Shown: positions 30,945 through 42,956, counted from the stretch's first letter. The stretch is DNA of 64,000 nucleotides from an uncultured Methylomirabilota bacterium (GCA_963705305.1 OY970067.1:3872001-3936000), one strand, 5' to 3'. The notes: generated by a model not told the origin, from the letters alone. Numbers and translations are program-made.

Positions 30945-33632
30945 ATGACGCTGAAGACGAAGACGGGCAGTCAGATTCGACAGGCGTTCCTGGAATTTTT
31001 CGGACGCCACGATCACGCGCTGGTCCCGAGTTCCTCCCTGGTTCCCAAGGCCGATCCGACGCTGCTGTTCACCAACGCCGGCATGGTCCAGTTCAAGGAC
31101 GTTTTCACGGGGGCGGAGCAGCGGCCGTATCGGCGGGCCGTGACGGCGCAGAAGTGCGTGCGGGCTGGCGGGAAGCACAACGACCTCGAGAACGTGGGAC
31201 GGACGGCGCGCCACCACACCTTTTTCGAGATGCTGGGCAACTTCTCCTTTGGAGACTACTTCAAATCCGAGGCCATCGCCTATGCCTGGGAGTTCCTGAC
31301 GGTCGACTTGGCCCTGCCGGCGGACCGTCTCTGGGTGACCATCCACGAGGGGGATGCCGCCATGGGCATCGGCCCCGACGAAGAGGCGCGCAGCCTCTGG
31401 CGGCGATATGTGGCCGGGGAGCGGATCGTGCCCTGCTCCACCAAAGACAATTTTTGGGCCATGGGAGACACAGGCCCCTGCGGACCCTGCTCGGAGATCG
31501 TGTACGATCAGGGCCCGGGGCTGGGCTGCGGCCGGCCCACCTGTGCCGTCGGCTGCGAGTGCGATCGCTACCTGGAGCTCTGGAACCTGGTCTTCATGCA
31601 GTTCGAGCGGGGGGCGGACGGGACGCTCCGGCCGCTGCCAAGACCCAGCATCGATACGGGGGCCGGGCTCGAGCGCCTGGCGGCCGTTCTGCAGGGGGCC
31701 TCCAGCAATTTCGAGACGGATCTCCTGCGGCCCATCATTGCGTTCGTGGAAGAGTTGACGGACAAGCGCTACGGCACCGACGGGTCGATGGATGTCTCCA
31801 TGCGGGTGATCGCCGACCACGCGCGCGCCACCACGTTCCTGGTGGGAGACGGTGTGCTGCCCAGCAATGAGGGCCGGGGGTACGTCCTGCGGCGGATCCT
31901 CCGGCGCGGGCTGCGTCACGGGCGCCTGCTGGGGCTGGAAGAGCCGTTCATGGCCAAGGTGACCGGGCGCGTGGTGGCGCTCATGCAGGACGCCTACCCC
32001 GACCTGGCCGATGCCCGGGAGCACGTGGAGCGGGTGACCCTGTCCGAGGAGGAGCGGTTCGGCCACACCCTCCGGGTGGGATTGCGCCTGGTGGACGGGA
32101 TGCTGGCCGACCAGAAGGCCAAGGGCTCGCATGAGGTCCCGGGCGGGGAGGTGTTCCGCCTGTACGACACCTACGGGTTCCCCGTGGACCTGCTGCGGGA
32201 TATCGCGGGGGATCATGGGCTGACGCTGGACGAGGCCGGGTTCGAGCAGGCGATGGCGGATCAGCGCGCGCGCGCTCGGGAGTCCTGGGTGGGCTCGGGC
32301 GAGGCGGAAATCCCGGCCAGCCTGAAAGAGCTCACGCAGCGCGTCCGGGTGGAGCCCCGCTGGTATCAGGAGACCCAGAGCCGGGCAACGGTCCTGTCCA
32401 TCCTGGCGGGGAAGACGCACCATCCGGCGGAGGGCTTGGAAGAAGGGCAGCACGGCCAGGTGCTGCTGGACCGGACTCCGTTTTATCCCGAGGCCGGAGG
32501 CCAGGTAGGGGATATCGGGACCCTGACCGCGGACGGGACCCTGGTTGAAGTCCTGGACACGCAGCGACCGGCTCCGACCCTGGTCCTCCACGAAGTCCGG
32601 GTGAAGCGGGGACGGCTGCGGGTCGGGCAGACCGTGGAGGCCGTGGTGGATGCCGTCCGCCGGCGGATCGTTTCCAAGAACCACACGGCCACGCACCTGC
32701 TCCACGCGGCGCTCCAACAGATCCTCGGGGACCATGTCAAGCAGGCGGGGTCGCTGGTGGCGCCCGATCGCCTGCGATTCGACTTCACCCACTTCAGCCC
32801 GCTGACCCCGCAGGAGGTGGACCGGATCGAAGAGCTGGTGAACCAGCAGGTCTGGGCCAATCGCCCGCTCGAGATCGAGGTCATGGACCTGGATGCGGCC
32901 ATCGCTCGAGGCGCCATGGCCCTCTTTGGAGAAAAGTACGGCGAGCGGGTCCGGGTGGTGGCCGTTCCGGGGTTCAGCCAGGAGCTGTGCGGGGGGATTC
33001 ATGTGGGGGCCACGGGAGAGATCGGTCTCTTCAAAGTGGTGGGACAGGGGGGCGTGGCGGCCGGCGTCCGCCGGATCGAGGCCGTCACGGGCCCGGGGGC
33101 CTTCCAGTTCGTCAAGCGGGAAGAGCAGATCCTGAACGATGCGGCGGCCCGCCTGAAGGCCCGGCCGCTGGAGCTGGGCGAGAAGGTGGAGCACCTGAGC
33201 GAGACGACGCGCGAGCTGGAGCGGGAGGTCCAACGGCTGCAGGGGCGCCTGGCCGCCGGCACGCTGGAGGATCTGCTGCGGGGTGTCCGGGATGTGGACG
33301 GGATCCGGGTGGTAGGGGGTCCGGTGGACGGGCTGGATGCCAAGGGGATGCGGGAGCTCGGCGACCGGCTGCGGGATCGCGTGCAGAGCGGGGTGGTGGT
33401 TCTGGCCAGCCGGGCCGAGGGCCGGGTGGTGTGGGTGACGATGGTGACCAAGGATCTGGTCCCGCGGCTGCATGCGGGCACCCTGGCGCGCGAGCTGGCC
33501 AAGATTACCGGAGGTGGCGGGGGCGGCCGCGCCGAGGTGGCCGAGGCGGGCGGCAAGGATCCGGGGCGCATTCCGGAGGCGCTGGAGAAGCTTCCCGGCC
33601 TGGTCCGCGCCCAGCTTCGGGCGGCGGACTAG
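30945..33632 (+). CDS. alaS: Alanine--tRNA ligase
   Basis: LLFTNAGMVQFK, HHTFFEMLGNFSFGDYFK, IDTGAGLER, HTATHLLH, ELCGG.H, GGGGG. Confidence 0.99.
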   Translation: MTLKTKTGSQIRQAFLEFFGRHDHALVPSSSLVPKADPTLLFTNAGMVQFKDVFTGAEQRPYRRAVTAQKCVRAGGKHNDLENVGRTARHHTFFEMLGNFSFGDYFKSEAIAYAWEFLTVDLALPADRLWVTIHEGDAAMGIGPDEEARSLWRRYVAGERIVPCSTKDNFWAMGDTGPCGPCSEIVYDQGPGLGCGRPTCAVGCECDRYLELWNLVFMQFERGADGTLRPLPRPSIDTGAGLERLAAVLQGASSNFETDLLRPIIAFVEELTDKRYGTDGSMDVSMRVIADHARATTFLVGDGVLPSNEGRGYVLRRILRRGLRHGRLLGLEEPFMAKVTGRVVALMQDAYPDLADAREHVERVTLSEEERFGHTLRVGLRLVDGMLADQKAKGSHEVPGGEVFRLYDTYGFPVDLLRDIAGDHGLTLDEAGFEQAMADQRARARESWVGSGEAEIPASLKELTQRVRVEPRWYQETQSRATVLSILAGKTHHPAEGLEEGQHGQVLLDRTPFYPEAGGQVGDIGTLTADGTLVEVLDTQRPAPTLVLHEVRVKRGRLRVGQTVEAVVDAVRRRIVSKNHTATHLLHAALQQILGDHVKQAGSLVAPDRLRFDFTHFSPLTPQEVDRIEELVNQQVWANRPLEIEVMDLDAAIARGAMALFGEKYGERVRVVAVPGFSQELCGGIHVGATGEIGLFKVVGQGGVAAGVRRIEAVTGPGAFQFVKREEQILNDAAARLKARPLELGEKVEHLSETTRELEREVQRLQGRLAAGTLEDLLRGVRDVDGIRVVGGPVDGLDAKGMRELGDRLRDRVQSGVVVLASRAEGRVVWVTMVTKDLVPRLHAGTLARELAKITGGGGGGRAEVAEAGGKDPGRIPEALEKLPGLVRAQLRAAD

Positions 33633-33694
33633 CTTGCGTTGGCGAGGGGCCGCTTCTCGTTTTTGTTGAAGGTAACGGCCCTTAAGTGGTATAA

Positions 33695-34357
33695 ATGAAG
33701 GATTGGACGCACTCAGCCAGATTCCGGGTGCCCGTCGAGCGGGATGGACTGCGATTTATCCTCCCGGCATTGGCCCTCAGCGGGCTGCTGTTCGGCCTGC
33801 GCTTTCCGGGCACGGCGACGGTTGTCCTGCTCCTGGCCGCCTTCGTGGTCTATTTCTTCCGCGATCCGGAGCGGGCGATCCCGCAAGGCGAGCGGCTGAT
33901 CCTGTCCCCCGCCGACGGGAAGATCCTGGCGGTCAAACCGTTTCCGGACTGGAAGGGGCCCTTCGGCGAGTCGCTGATCCGCATCAGCATCTTCATGTCG
34001 GTGCTGGATGTGCATGTGAACCGGGCTCCCTTGACGGCGGTGGTGAACGCCGTTACCCACGCGCCGGGCCGGTTTCGGGCCGCGTGGGGGGAAGGCGCGT
34101 CGGCGGATAACGAGCAGACGCTGACCCATTTCGCCTCGCCGGACGGGGATGTTTGGGTCAAGCAGATTGCCGGGCTGATCGCCCGGCGGATTGTCTGCCG
34201 GCTCCGACCCGGAGACAAGGTCGTCGCGGGGGAGCGGATCGGCCTGATACGGTTCGGGTCGCGGGTGGACGTCATCCTGCCCGCCACCGCAGAGTTGAAA
34301 GTGCGCCGGGGGCAGACGGTCAAGGGCGGAAGCACCGTGCTGGGGGTGATCGCATGA
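33695..34357 (+). CDS. psd: Phosphatidylserine decarboxylase proenzyme
   Basis: FFRDPER, SPADG, IFMS..DVHVNRAP, FGSRVD autocleavage motif. Confidence 0.95.
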   Translation: MKDWTHSARFRVPVERDGLRFILPALALSGLLFGLRFPGTATVVLLLAAFVVYFFRDPERAIPQGERLILSPADGKILAVKPFPDWKGPFGESLIRISIFMSVLDVHVNRAPLTAVVNAVTHAPGRFRAAWGEGASADNEQTLTHFASPDGDVWVKQIAGLIARRIVCRLRPGDKVVAGERIGLIRFGSRVDVILPATAELKVRRGQTVKGGSTVLGVIA

Positions 34358-35154
34358 GGGGCAGCCGGGGGACCATGCGGCGGCGGATGCGGCGGGGAGT
34401 CTATCTCCTTCCCAGCATCTTGACGCTGGGGAACCTGTTCTGCGGCTTCTACGCGCTGGTGGCCGTCTACAATGACGAGTACCTGGCGGCGGCCATCGCC
34501 ATCCTGCTGGCGCTGGTCTTCGACTATTTGGATGGGGGAGTGGCCCGTATGACCGGCGCCACCAGCGATCTGGGCATCGAGCTGGACTCGCTGGCGGACG
34601 TGGTATCCTTCGGGGTGGCCCCCGGCATGCTGGCGTACGTCTTCGCCCTGAAGCCCTTCGGCTGGATGGGCGGACTGGCGGCGTTTGCCTTCGCAGCCTG
34701 CGGGGCCTTCCGCCTGGCGCGTTTCAACGTGCAGACCCGCAGCCTGGACAAGCGGTACTTCGTCGGCCTCCCCATTCCCGCTGCGGCGGGGGTGGTGGCG
34801 GCCTTCGTGCTGTTCATGAAGGAGTCCTCGGCGGTTGTCGTCTTTGGACGGGAGCTGCTCCCGCCGCAAGCGACGGCCGCCGGAGTCTTGCTGGCGATGT
34901 ACGGCCTGGGATTCCTCATGGTGAGCCGGATTCGCTTCCGCAGCATGAAGGGATTGGAGCTGCGCCGGCGCCGGCCCTTCACGGTCCTGACCAGCCTGCT
35001 ACTGGTCCTGTTGATCGTGGCTTCGAATCCCAGTCTTTTCCTGTTCGTCTTCTTCTTGGGGTATGCGCTGTCGGGGATTGTCCGCACGCTGCCGGCATGG
35101 CAGCGGCGTCACCCCGTAGAAACGGCCGAACATCCCGCGCCGGACACCCACTAG
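34354..35154 (+). CDS. pssA: CDP-diacylglycerol--serine O-phosphatidyltransferase
   Basis: D.LDG.VAR...S..G.ELDSLAD.VSFGVAP, RLARFN, FVGLP.P. Confidence 0.95.
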   Translation: MRGSRGTMRRRMRRGVYLLPSILTLGNLFCGFYALVAVYNDEYLAAAIAILLALVFDYLDGGVARMTGATSDLGIELDSLADVVSFGVAPGMLAYVFALKPFGWMGGLAAFAFAACGAFRLARFNVQTRSLDKRYFVGLPIPAAAGVVAAFVLFMKESSAVVVFGRELLPPQATAAGVLLAMYGLGFLMVSRIRFRSMKGLELRRRRPFTVLTSLLLVLLIVASNPSLFLFVFFLGYALSGIVRTLPAWQRRHPVETAEHPAPDTH

Positions 35155-35184
35155 GACAGTCCGAGCGGTTGAGGGGGCAACGTC

Positions 35185-36729
35185 ATGGCTGATCGGATTA
35201 TCATCTTCGACACCACGCTCCGGGACGGCGAGCAGTCGCCCGGGTGCAGCATGAATACCAAGGAAAAGATCGAGATGGCCAGACAGCTGGCGCGCCTCGG
35301 GGTCGATGTCCTGGAGGCAGGATTCCCTATCGCGTCGGACGACGATTTTGAGGCGGTCAAGGCCGTCGCCCAGCAGCTCAAGGACGGCCCCATCATTGCC
35401 GGCCTGGCTCGGGCCAAGGATCTGGATATCGATCGGGCCTGGGAGGCGCTGAAGCACGCCGAGCGGCCGCGCATCCACACGTTCATCGCCACGTCCGAGA
35501 TCCACATCAAGTACAAGCTGAAGTCCACCCCGGCCGAAGTGCTGGAGGCCACTGTGGCGGCGGTCAAGCGCGCCAAAAACTACACGGATGACGTGGAATT
35601 TTCGCCCGAGGACGCCCACCGGACCGACCAGGAGTTTCTGTGTCGCGTCGTGGAGGCGGCCATCCAGGCGGGAGCGACCACCATCAACATTCCGGACACG
35701 GTGGGCTATGGCCTCCCCTGGGAGTTCGGCGATCGCATCCGCAACCTGATGAATCGGGTGCCTGGCATCGATCGGGTGGTGATGAGCGTCCACTGCCACA
35801 ACGACCTGGGGCTGGGCGTGGCCAATTCGCTGGAGGCCGTCCGGGCGGGGGCCCGGCAGGTCGAGTGCACCATCAACGGGATCGGTGAGCGGGCCGGCAA
35901 CGCCTCGCTGGAAGAGATCGTGATGGCCATCCGGACCCGCAAGGATTTTCTGCATTTCGACACCAACATCCGCGCCGAGGAGATCTACCGCACCTCCAAG
36001 CTGCTGCAGTCCATCACCGGGGTGAGCGTCCAGCCCAACAAGGCCATCGTGGGGGCGAACGCCTTCGCCCACGAGGCCGGCATCCACCAGCACGGGGTGC
36101 TGCAGACCCCCATGACCTACGAGATCATGACGCCGGAATCGGTCGGGGTCCCCAGAAGCCGTCTGATCCTGGGGAAGCACTCTGGGCGCCACGCCTTCAA
36201 GAAGCGCCTGGAGGAGCTGGGGGTCGGGCTGGAGGAAGCGGAGCTGAACGCAGCCTTCGTCCGTTTCAAGGCGCTGTGTGACCGCAAGAAAGAGATCTTC
36301 GATGAGGACCTCCTGGCCCTGGTAGAGGACGAGCGTCTGGCCAACAGCCAGACCTACACGCTCGATCACCTGCAGTTCACGAGCGGGATGAACCTGGTTC
36401 CCACGGCCACGGTGAGACTCCGGATGCAGGACGAGATCTACCAGGAGTCGGGCTGGGGAGATGGCCCGGTCGACGCGGCCTACAAGGCCATCGACGCCAT
36501 TACCAAGATCCCGGGGACGCTGCTCGAGTATCAGCTGCGGGCCATCACCGGCGGGAAGGATGCGCTGGGCGAGGTGACGGTGACGGTGGAGATGGATGGT
36601 CAGCGGGTGGTGGGTCGGGGAAACTCCACCGATGTGATCGAGGCCAGCGTGCGCGCGTACCTGAATGCGATCAACAAGGTCGTGTCCCGCCCGGCGGGCG
36701 CGCCCAAGACGATCACCGAGACAATCTGA
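35185..36729 (+). CDS. leuA: 2-isopropylmalate synthase
   Basis: [38 protein letters not shown] regulatory domain. Confidence 0.97.
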   Translation: MADRIIIFDTTLRDGEQSPGCSMNTKEKIEMARQLARLGVDVLEAGFPIASDDDFEAVKAVAQQLKDGPIIAGLARAKDLDIDRAWEALKHAERPRIHTFIATSEIHIKYKLKSTPAEVLEATVAAVKRAKNYTDDVEFSPEDAHRTDQEFLCRVVEAAIQAGATTINIPDTVGYGLPWEFGDRIRNLMNRVPGIDRVVMSVHCHNDLGLGVANSLEAVRAGARQVECTINGIGERAGNASLEEIVMAIRTRKDFLHFDTNIRAEEIYRTSKLLQSITGVSVQPNKAIVGANAFAHEAGIHQHGVLQTPMTYEIMTPESVGVPRSRLILGKHSGRHAFKKRLEELGVGLEEAELNAAFVRFKALCDRKKEIFDEDLLALVEDERLANSQTYTLDHLQFTSGMNLVPTATVRLRMQDEIYQESGWGDGPVDAAYKAIDAITKIPGTLLEYQLRAITGGKDALGEVTVTVEMDGQRVVGRGNSTDVIEASVRAYLNAINKVVSRPAGAPKTITETI

Positions 36730-36752
36730 TCCGAGCCGGCATCACAGGGACG

Positions 36753-36784
36753 CCGAGGGGGAGACCTGGCGGTCTCCCCCTCGG
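36753..36784 (+). repeat. Perfect 14-bp inverted repeat between leuA and asd
   Basis: CCGAGGGGGAGACC-TGGC-GGTCTCCCCCTCGG, no U-tract. Confidence 0.7.
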
Positions 36785-36845
36785 TATGTCGGGGGCCGTT
36801 CCGGTGGAGCGGGTTCCCCGGCGGGTGCAAAGGAGAGGCATAATC

Positions 36846-37868
36846 ATGCGGAAGGACGGGTACGCGGTGGCGGTGGCAGGGGCGACAGGGGCGGTGGGTG
36901 AGGTGATGCTGCGCGTCCTGGAGGAGCGCAAGTTCCCGGTGGCGCGGATCAAGCCGTTGGCCTCCGAGCGCTCGGTGGGGAAGGAACTGCGCTTCAACGG
37001 GGACACGGTTGCGGTCGAGCAGCTGACCGCGGAGGCGTTCCGGGGTGTGGATATCGCCCTGTTCTCGGCCGGTGCCAGCCGCAGCAAGGAGTTTGCCCCG
37101 GCGGCATGGAACGCCGGCGCCGTGGTGGTGGATAACAGCTCGGCCTTCCGGATGGACCCCGATGTGCCGCTGGTCGTTCCAGAGATCAACGCCCACGCCA
37201 TCGGGCAATACATCCGGCGGGGGATCATCGCCAATCCAAACTGTACGACCATTGTGACCCTGATGGCGCTGGCACCCCTGCACCGGTACAGCCGCATCAA
37301 GCGCGTAGTGGCTTCGAGCTACCAGGCAGTCTCGGGAGCGGGCGCCAAGGCGCTGGAAGAGCTGAAGCTCCAGGTGAAGGCCTGGGCCGCGGGGCAGCCG
37401 CTGAAAGTCGAGGTCTTCCCCTACCAGATCGCCTTCAACGTCCTCCCCCACATCGACGCATTCCTGGAGAACGGCTACACCAAGGAGGAGATGAAGCTGG
37501 TCAACGAGACCCGCAAGATCCTGGAGGACGATCGGATCCTGGTCTCGCCGACCACGGTCCGCGTGCCGGTCTTCACGGCGCATTCGGTCTCGGTGCACGT
37601 GGAAACCGAGGTGAAGATCACGGTCGAGAAGGCCCGCGCCCTGTTTGCCGGCTTCCCGGGCCTGAAGCTGCAGGATGATCCAGCTGATCGGCAGTACCCC
37701 ATGCCGCTCTTTGCGGCGGGCCAGGATGACTGTTTCGTGGGCCGGATCCGCGAGGACCTGGCCGTCTCCAATGGGTTGAACTTTTGGGTGGTGGGCGACC
37801 AGCTGCGCAAGGGTGCCGCGCTGAATGCGGTCCAGATCGCGGAACGGTTGATCGAGCAGTATCTCTGA
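36846..37868 (+). CDS. asd: Aspartate-semialdehyde dehydrogenase
   Basis: GATGAVG, DNSSAFRM, NPNCTT, YQAVSGAG, DQLRKGAALNAVQIAE. Confidence 0.97.
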   Translation: MRKDGYAVAVAGATGAVGEVMLRVLEERKFPVARIKPLASERSVGKELRFNGDTVAVEQLTAEAFRGVDIALFSAGASRSKEFAPAAWNAGAVVVDNSSAFRMDPDVPLVVPEINAHAIGQYIRRGIIANPNCTTIVTLMALAPLHRYSRIKRVVASSYQAVSGAGAKALEELKLQVKAWAAGQPLKVEVFPYQIAFNVLPHIDAFLENGYTKEEMKLVNETRKILEDDRILVSPTTVRVPVFTAHSVSVHVETEVKITVEKARALFAGFPGLKLQDDPADRQYPMPLFAAGQDDCFVGRIREDLAVSNGLNFWVVGDQLRKGAALNAVQIAERLIEQYL

Positions 37869-37909
37869 GGTGCCGTCGGCTGCCTTCCCGGGCAGGATGC
37901 CGTCTTCTC

Positions 37910-38644
37910 ATGCGCCGACTCAAGCTGGTCCTGGAATACGACGGGACGGCGTATCACGGGTGGCAGGTGCAGCCCGGCCTGCCGACCATCCAGGGGATGC
38001 TGCAGGATGTCCTCGGCCGGCTGGCCGGTGTGTTCGTGCCGGTGACGGGGGCGGGCCGCACGGATGCGGGGGTGCACGCGCAGGCGCAGGTGGCCAGTTG
38101 CTCACTGGACGTCGCGTTGGACGGTCCGACGATCGGGCGTGCCCTCAATGCCGGCTTGCCCCGCGACATCGTGGTCCGGGAGGTGGAGGAGGCCGCAGCC
38201 GATTTCGATGCCCGCCGCTCGGCCCGCGCCAAGACCTATCGGTACACGCTGCTCCAACGCGCCTATCCTTCGGCCCTTCTCGGGCGGTACAGTCTGTACG
38301 TGCCATACCCTCTCGATATGGCGGCTATGTCCGAGGCCGCAGCCTGTGTGGTGGGCACCCACGATTTTTCGGCCTTCCGGGCGGGGACTTGCCGGGCGGC
38401 CTCGCCCGTCCGGACGATCCATGCCGCCCAGTGGAGACGCGAGGTGGACTGTTGGCATTTCGAGATCAGCGGCAACGCGTTTCTGCAACATATGGTCCGC
38501 ATCATCGTGGGAACGCTCTTGGAGGTGGGACGGGGGAAGCGGCCGCCATCCTGGGTGGCGGAGGTCCTCGCCGACCGCGACCGTCGCCGGGCGGGGAAGA
38601 CGGTTCAGCCGCACGGCTTGTGCCTGGTGGAGGTGCAGTACTGA
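37910..38644 (+). CDS. truA: tRNA pseudouridine(38-40) synthase
   Basis: YDGT.Y.GWQ, GAGRTDAGVHA, GTHDFSAF, FLQHMVR. Confidence 0.96.
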   Translation: MRRLKLVLEYDGTAYHGWQVQPGLPTIQGMLQDVLGRLAGVFVPVTGAGRTDAGVHAQAQVASCSLDVALDGPTIGRALNAGLPRDIVVREVEEAAADFDARRSARAKTYRYTLLQRAYPSALLGRYSLYVPYPLDMAAMSEAAACVVGTHDFSAFRAGTCRAASPVRTIHAAQWRREVDCWHFEISGNAFLQHMVRIIVGTLLEVGRGKRPPSWVAEVLADRDRRRAGKTVQPHGLCLVEVQY

Positions 38645-38713
38645 CCCGGCTCGCAGCTGGGCTGCGGACCGGCACGGGCGGCCTCGGCCGCATCCGAGAG
38701 GGAGGCGCACGCG

Positions 38714-39592
38714 ATGTCCGGTATCCTCATTGTCGACGACGAGCCAGCGAATCTTGACCTCTTGGAGTGCATTCTGCAGTCGGCCGGTCACGTGGTCCGA
38801 ACCGCCTCCGGAGGGATTCCCGCCCTCCAGATGGCCAGGGAGATGGTGCCGGACCTGGTCCTGTTGGATGTCATGATGCCGGGAATGAGCGGTTTTGAAG
38901 TCTGCGCAAGACTGCGAAATGACTTGCTGACCGCGCGGGCGCCCATCGTCTTCGTCACGGCCATGGGGGAGTTCGGCCAGCAGGAGCAGGCAGCAGCCTG
39001 CGGGGCCGACGATTTTCTATTCAAGCCGGTTCAGGCGGCGGAAGTCCTGTCCAAGGTGGAGGCCAGCCTGGCGCTGAGGGCTCTTCGCGGGGAGATGAAT
39101 CAGCTCCTCGGCAGGCTCCACGCGCTGGAGTTGGAGCGGCACGCGCATCGCTGCCGAGCCTTAGCGCGTGTGGGAGCGGATCGAGGGCCGGCGCGGCCCG
39201 CGGACGGCGCCACCGAGTCCGCGGTGGTGCTGCTGGCTGCCGAAGGGGCGGAGCGCGACTTCTATGCCGCGCTCCTGCGGACGCGCGGGATCCGGGTGGT
39301 GGAGGCGTCGGGCGGCGCCGAGGGGTTGGCCTTGGCGAGCCAAGGCACGGCGATGGTCATCATGGATCTCTGGCCGGAGCCGCAGGCCGCTCTGGCCGCC
39401 CTCCTCCAGCTCCGGCGGCAGTCGCGGGAGCTTCCCGTCGTAGTCTTGGTTCCCTCGCCCGACGCGCCGGAGGCGATTGCGGCACTGGAAGCGGGGGCCG
39501 ACGATTGTTTCGCAAAGGGCTTGCACCACGATCGGTTGCTGGTCGCGGTCCGTCGGGCGCTCCGGCGTCCCGTCCCGCCCCGTCCCAACTAG
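38714..39592 (+). CDS. Response regulator with two receiver domains (second degenerate) and no output domain
   Basis: VDDE...[10 protein letters not shown]...TA...GADDFLFKP, a helical linker, then a second REC (IMDL...AGADDCFAK). Confidence 0.8.
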   Translation: MSGILIVDDEPANLDLLECILQSAGHVVRTASGGIPALQMAREMVPDLVLLDVMMPGMSGFEVCARLRNDLLTARAPIVFVTAMGEFGQQEQAAACGADDFLFKPVQAAEVLSKVEASLALRALRGEMNQLLGRLHALELERHAHRCRALARVGADRGPARPADGATESAVVLLAAEGAERDFYAALLRTRGIRVVEASGGAEGLALASQGTAMVIMDLWPEPQAALAALLQLRRQSRELPVVVLVPSPDAPEAIAALEAGADDCFAKGLHHDRLLVAVRRALRRPVPPRPN

Positions 39593-39681
39593 CCAACGCA
39601 GCCCGATCCCATCGACGCCCCGGCCTTGCCAAGGCGGGATGCGCGTGCTACATAAGGTCGAATTGCAACCGGAGGGTATCC

Positions 39682-42303
39682 ATGCCACGGGGGTATGACT
39701 TCGCCAGCATCGAATCGAAATGGCAAGGCGTCTGGGAAAGAGACCGCGCCTTCGCCGTGCCTGAGGATCCGGAGCGGCCGAAATACTACTGCCTGGAGAT
39801 GTACCCCTATCCTTCGGGCAAGATCCATATGGGCCATGTGCGCAATTACTCCATCGGGGACGTGGTGGCCCGCTATCTGTCGATGCGAGGCTACAATGTG
39901 CTCCATCCAATGGGATGGGATGCGTTCGGGTTCCCGGCGGAGAATGCCGCCTTCGAGCACGGCGTGCACCCGGCCCGCTGGACCTTGGACAACATCGCCT
40001 ACATGAAATCCCAGCTCCGACGCATGGGCTTCTCCTATGACTGGGAGCGTGAGGTCACGTGCTGTCTTCCGGAGTACTATCGCTGGAACCAGTGGTTCTT
40101 CCTGAAGCTCCTGGAGCGCGGGCTGGCCTACCGGCGGCGCGCTCCGGTGAACTGGTGCGAACGTTGCCAGTCGGTGCTGAGCAACGAGCAGGCGGAAGGC
40201 GGCGTCTGCTGGCGGCACACCGACACCCCGGTGGTGCAGCGGGAGCTGGAGCAGTGGTTCCTGAAGATCACCGCCTACGTGGAAGAGCTGCTGGCGGATC
40301 TCGAGGCGTTGACGGGCTGGCCCGAGCGCGTCCGGGTCATGCAGCGGAACTGGATCGGCAAGAGCGTCGGGGCGGAGGTGGATTTCGGCCTGGAGCGGGG
40401 CGGGGCCATTCGCGTGTTTACCACCCGCCCGGATACGCTGTACGGCGCCACCTTCATGGTGCTCGCCCCCGAGCATCCCCTGGCCTCCCAGCTGGCAGCC
40501 GGCACGCCCGAAGAGGCGGCGGTGGCCGCTTTCGTGCAGCGCATGCGGCGCGCCGACAAGGCGGTGCGGCTGGATGTGACCACCGAGAAGGAGGGGGTAT
40601 TCACCGGGGCGTACGCGGTCAATCCCATGACGCGCGAGCGCATCCCCATCTGGCTGGCGAACTTCGTGCTCCTGGAGTATGGCACCGGAGCCATCATGGC
40701 GGTGCCAGCCCATGACCAGCGGGACTTCGACTTCGCCACCAAGTACCACCTGCCCATTCGGATCGTCGTGCAGCCGCCGGAAGGGACCGCCCCCCAGGGG
40801 CGGTTGGAGGCGGCCTTCGAGGGCGAGGGCGCCCTGGTGGCCTCGGGCCGTTTCAGCGGCCTGCCCAGCGCGGAGGGCAAGGCAGCCATCTGCGATTTCC
40901 TGGAGGCGCAGGGCCTCGGCACGCGGGCGGTCAACTACCGGATCCGCGACTGGCTGATCTCCCGGCAGCGCTACTGGGGGACCCCCATCCCCGTCATCTA
41001 CTGCGAGGCCTGCGGCGTCGTGCCCGTGCCGGAGCGCGACTTGCCGGTGATCCTGCCCCCGGACGTGGCCATCACCATGGCCGGCGGCTCGCCCCTCGAG
41101 CGGGTGGAAGGCTTCGTGCGCACCACCTGCCCGACCTGCGGCCGGCCGGCGCGGCGCGAGACGGACACCATGGACACGTTCGTCGACTCCGCGTGGTACT
41201 TCCTTCGATTCACCAGTCCGCACGAGGCGTCGCGCCCCATCGATGCCGACAAGGCACGCTACTGGATGCCGGTGGATCAGTACATCGGCGGCATCGAGCA
41301 CGCGGTGCTCCATCTCCTGTACGCGCGATTTTTCACCAAGGTCTGCCGCGATCTCGGGCTCATCGGCGTGGGCGAGCCGTTCGCCAACCTGTTGACGCAG
41401 GGGATGGTCTGCAAGGAGACCTACCGCTGCCCCGAGCACGGATACCGCCTGCCGGGGGAGGTGGACGCGGAGGGGCGTTGCCGGGCTTGCCGGCGCCCGG
41501 TGGAGGTCGGTCGGACGGAAAAGATGTCCAAGTCCAAGCGGAACGTCGTGGATCCCGACGACCTCCTGGAGCAGTACGGAGCGGACACCATCCGGCTGTT
41601 CTCCCTGTTCGCCGCCCCGCCGGAAAAAGATCTGGAATGGTCGGACGAAGGGGTCCAGGGATCATTCCGCTTTCTCAACCGGGTCTGGCGACTGGTCGAG
41701 GAGTGGGCCCCCGCCGTTCGTATGAGCCCGGGCGTCGTCTGGACGACGGACAGCCGCAGCCAGCCGGTGCGGGGCCTGCGGCGGATCACCCACCAGACCA
41801 TCGCCCGGGTCACACGCGACCTGGAGGACGCATTCCACTTCAACACCGCACTGGCGGCGCTGATGGAGCTCCAGAACGCCTTGGTCCGCTTTCAGGAGCA
41901 GTTCCCGTCGCCGTCCGGCGATCCTGGAACCGTCCCGCCGGGATCGGGAGACCGGCTGCTGGCCTTTGCCGAGGGGCTCACGACCCTCGTCGTGCTGCTG
42001 GCCCCCTTCGCGCCGCACCTGGCGGAGGAGCTGTGGGAGATGCTGGGGCACCGCCAGAGCGTCTTCCGGCAGTCATGGCCCCGGGCGGATCAGGATCTGG
42101 CGCAAGACGAGAGCGTGGAGGTGGTGCTGCAGGTCAATGGCAAGGTCCGCTCCCGGCTCCAGGTCCCGCAGGGGGCGGGTGAGGATGGGCTGCGGACCCT
42201 GGCCCTGCAAGATGCGCGGGTGGTGCAATGGATCGAGGGGAAAAGCGTACGCAAGGTGATCGTGGTGCCGGACAAGCTGGTCAACATCGTCGTCGGATCA
42301 TGA
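39682..42303 (+). CDS. leuS: Leucine--tRNA ligase
   Basis: [39 protein letters not shown]. Confidence 0.99.
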   Translation: MPRGYDFASIESKWQGVWERDRAFAVPEDPERPKYYCLEMYPYPSGKIHMGHVRNYSIGDVVARYLSMRGYNVLHPMGWDAFGFPAENAAFEHGVHPARWTLDNIAYMKSQLRRMGFSYDWEREVTCCLPEYYRWNQWFFLKLLERGLAYRRRAPVNWCERCQSVLSNEQAEGGVCWRHTDTPVVQRELEQWFLKITAYVEELLADLEALTGWPERVRVMQRNWIGKSVGAEVDFGLERGGAIRVFTTRPDTLYGATFMVLAPEHPLASQLAAGTPEEAAVAAFVQRMRRADKAVRLDVTTEKEGVFTGAYAVNPMTRERIPIWLANFVLLEYGTGAIMAVPAHDQRDFDFATKYHLPIRIVVQPPEGTAPQGRLEAAFEGEGALVASGRFSGLPSAEGKAAICDFLEAQGLGTRAVNYRIRDWLISRQRYWGTPIPVIYCEACGVVPVPERDLPVILPPDVAITMAGGSPLERVEGFVRTTCPTCGRPARRETDTMDTFVDSAWYFLRFTSPHEASRPIDADKARYWMPVDQYIGGIEHAVLHLLYARFFTKVCRDLGLIGVGEPFANLLTQGMVCKETYRCPEHGYRLPGEVDAEGRCRACRRPVEVGRTEKMSKSKRNVVDPDDLLEQYGADTIRLFSLFAAPPEKDLEWSDEGVQGSFRFLNRVWRLVEEWAPAVRMSPGVVWTTDSRSQPVRGLRRITHQTIARVTRDLEDAFHFNTALAALMELQNALVRFQEQFPSPSGDPGTVPPGSGDRLLAFAEGLTTLVVLLAPFAPHLAEELWEMLGHRQSVFRQSWPRADQDLAQDESVEVVLQVNGKVRSRLQVPQGAGEDGLRTLALQDARVVQWIEGKSVRKVIVVPDKLVNIVVGS

Positions 42304-42845
42304 GGTCGAGCGTGATCGGCGGCCCGCGCCTGTCGCGTCGCTCGGCGCTGCGCGTCCTCGGTCTCCTGGGCTGCGGCGGCTGGCTGGCGGGCTGCGGCTA
42401 CCGGCTGCAGGGAGCGGGCGGGTCTCCCGCCATTCGCCTCCTGCACGTGGGCGCGTTTTCCAATGGGACCTTCAAGGCGGGCCTCGACGGGGCCGCGGGG
42501 GCCGCGGTGCTGCGCGCGCTCCGGTTGGATGGGCGCGTCCGTCTGGTGGAGGAGCCGGCCGCCGAGGCGGTTCTGACGGGTCGGGTGACGGCCTATGAGA
42601 ACGATGCTATCACCTTCGACCCATCGGATATCGGGCGACGGTTTCGGGTCCGCGTCACCATGCTGGTGACCGTCACCGACCGGCGCAGCCCTGCGGAGGG
42701 GTTCAAGGAGCAGATTTCGGCGGAGGCGTTCTATACGACCGGCGCGGATGTGGTGCAGACGCGGGCGGCCGAAGACGACGCCGCGGCCCGGGCAGTGCAG
42801 GAGTTGGCGACGCGCGTTCTGGCTCGGCTGACGGAGGACTTCTGA
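42300..42845 (+). CDS. lptE: LptE-family LPS-assembly lipoprotein
   Basis: Lipobox LAGC-GY. Lies directly after leuS, the conserved context. Confidence 0.75.
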   Translation: MRSSVIGGPRLSRRSALRVLGLLGCGGWLAGCGYRLQGAGGSPAIRLLHVGAFSNGTFKAGLDGAAGAAVLRALRLDGRVRLVEEPAAEAVLTGRVTAYENDAITFDPSDIGRRFRVRVTMLVTVTDRRSPAEGFKEQISAEAFYTTGADVVQTRAAEDDAAARAVQELATRVLARLTEDF

Positions 42846-42956
42846 CGGGCGGGATGATCCTGCGGCCACGCCAGTGGCCGCGGAGCGAGAGGCGGTCCGC
42901 CGGCCTGGGGGGCGATGCCCGGGCCTCCGATCGGCCCGGCATCGCCGGGGATCGAC

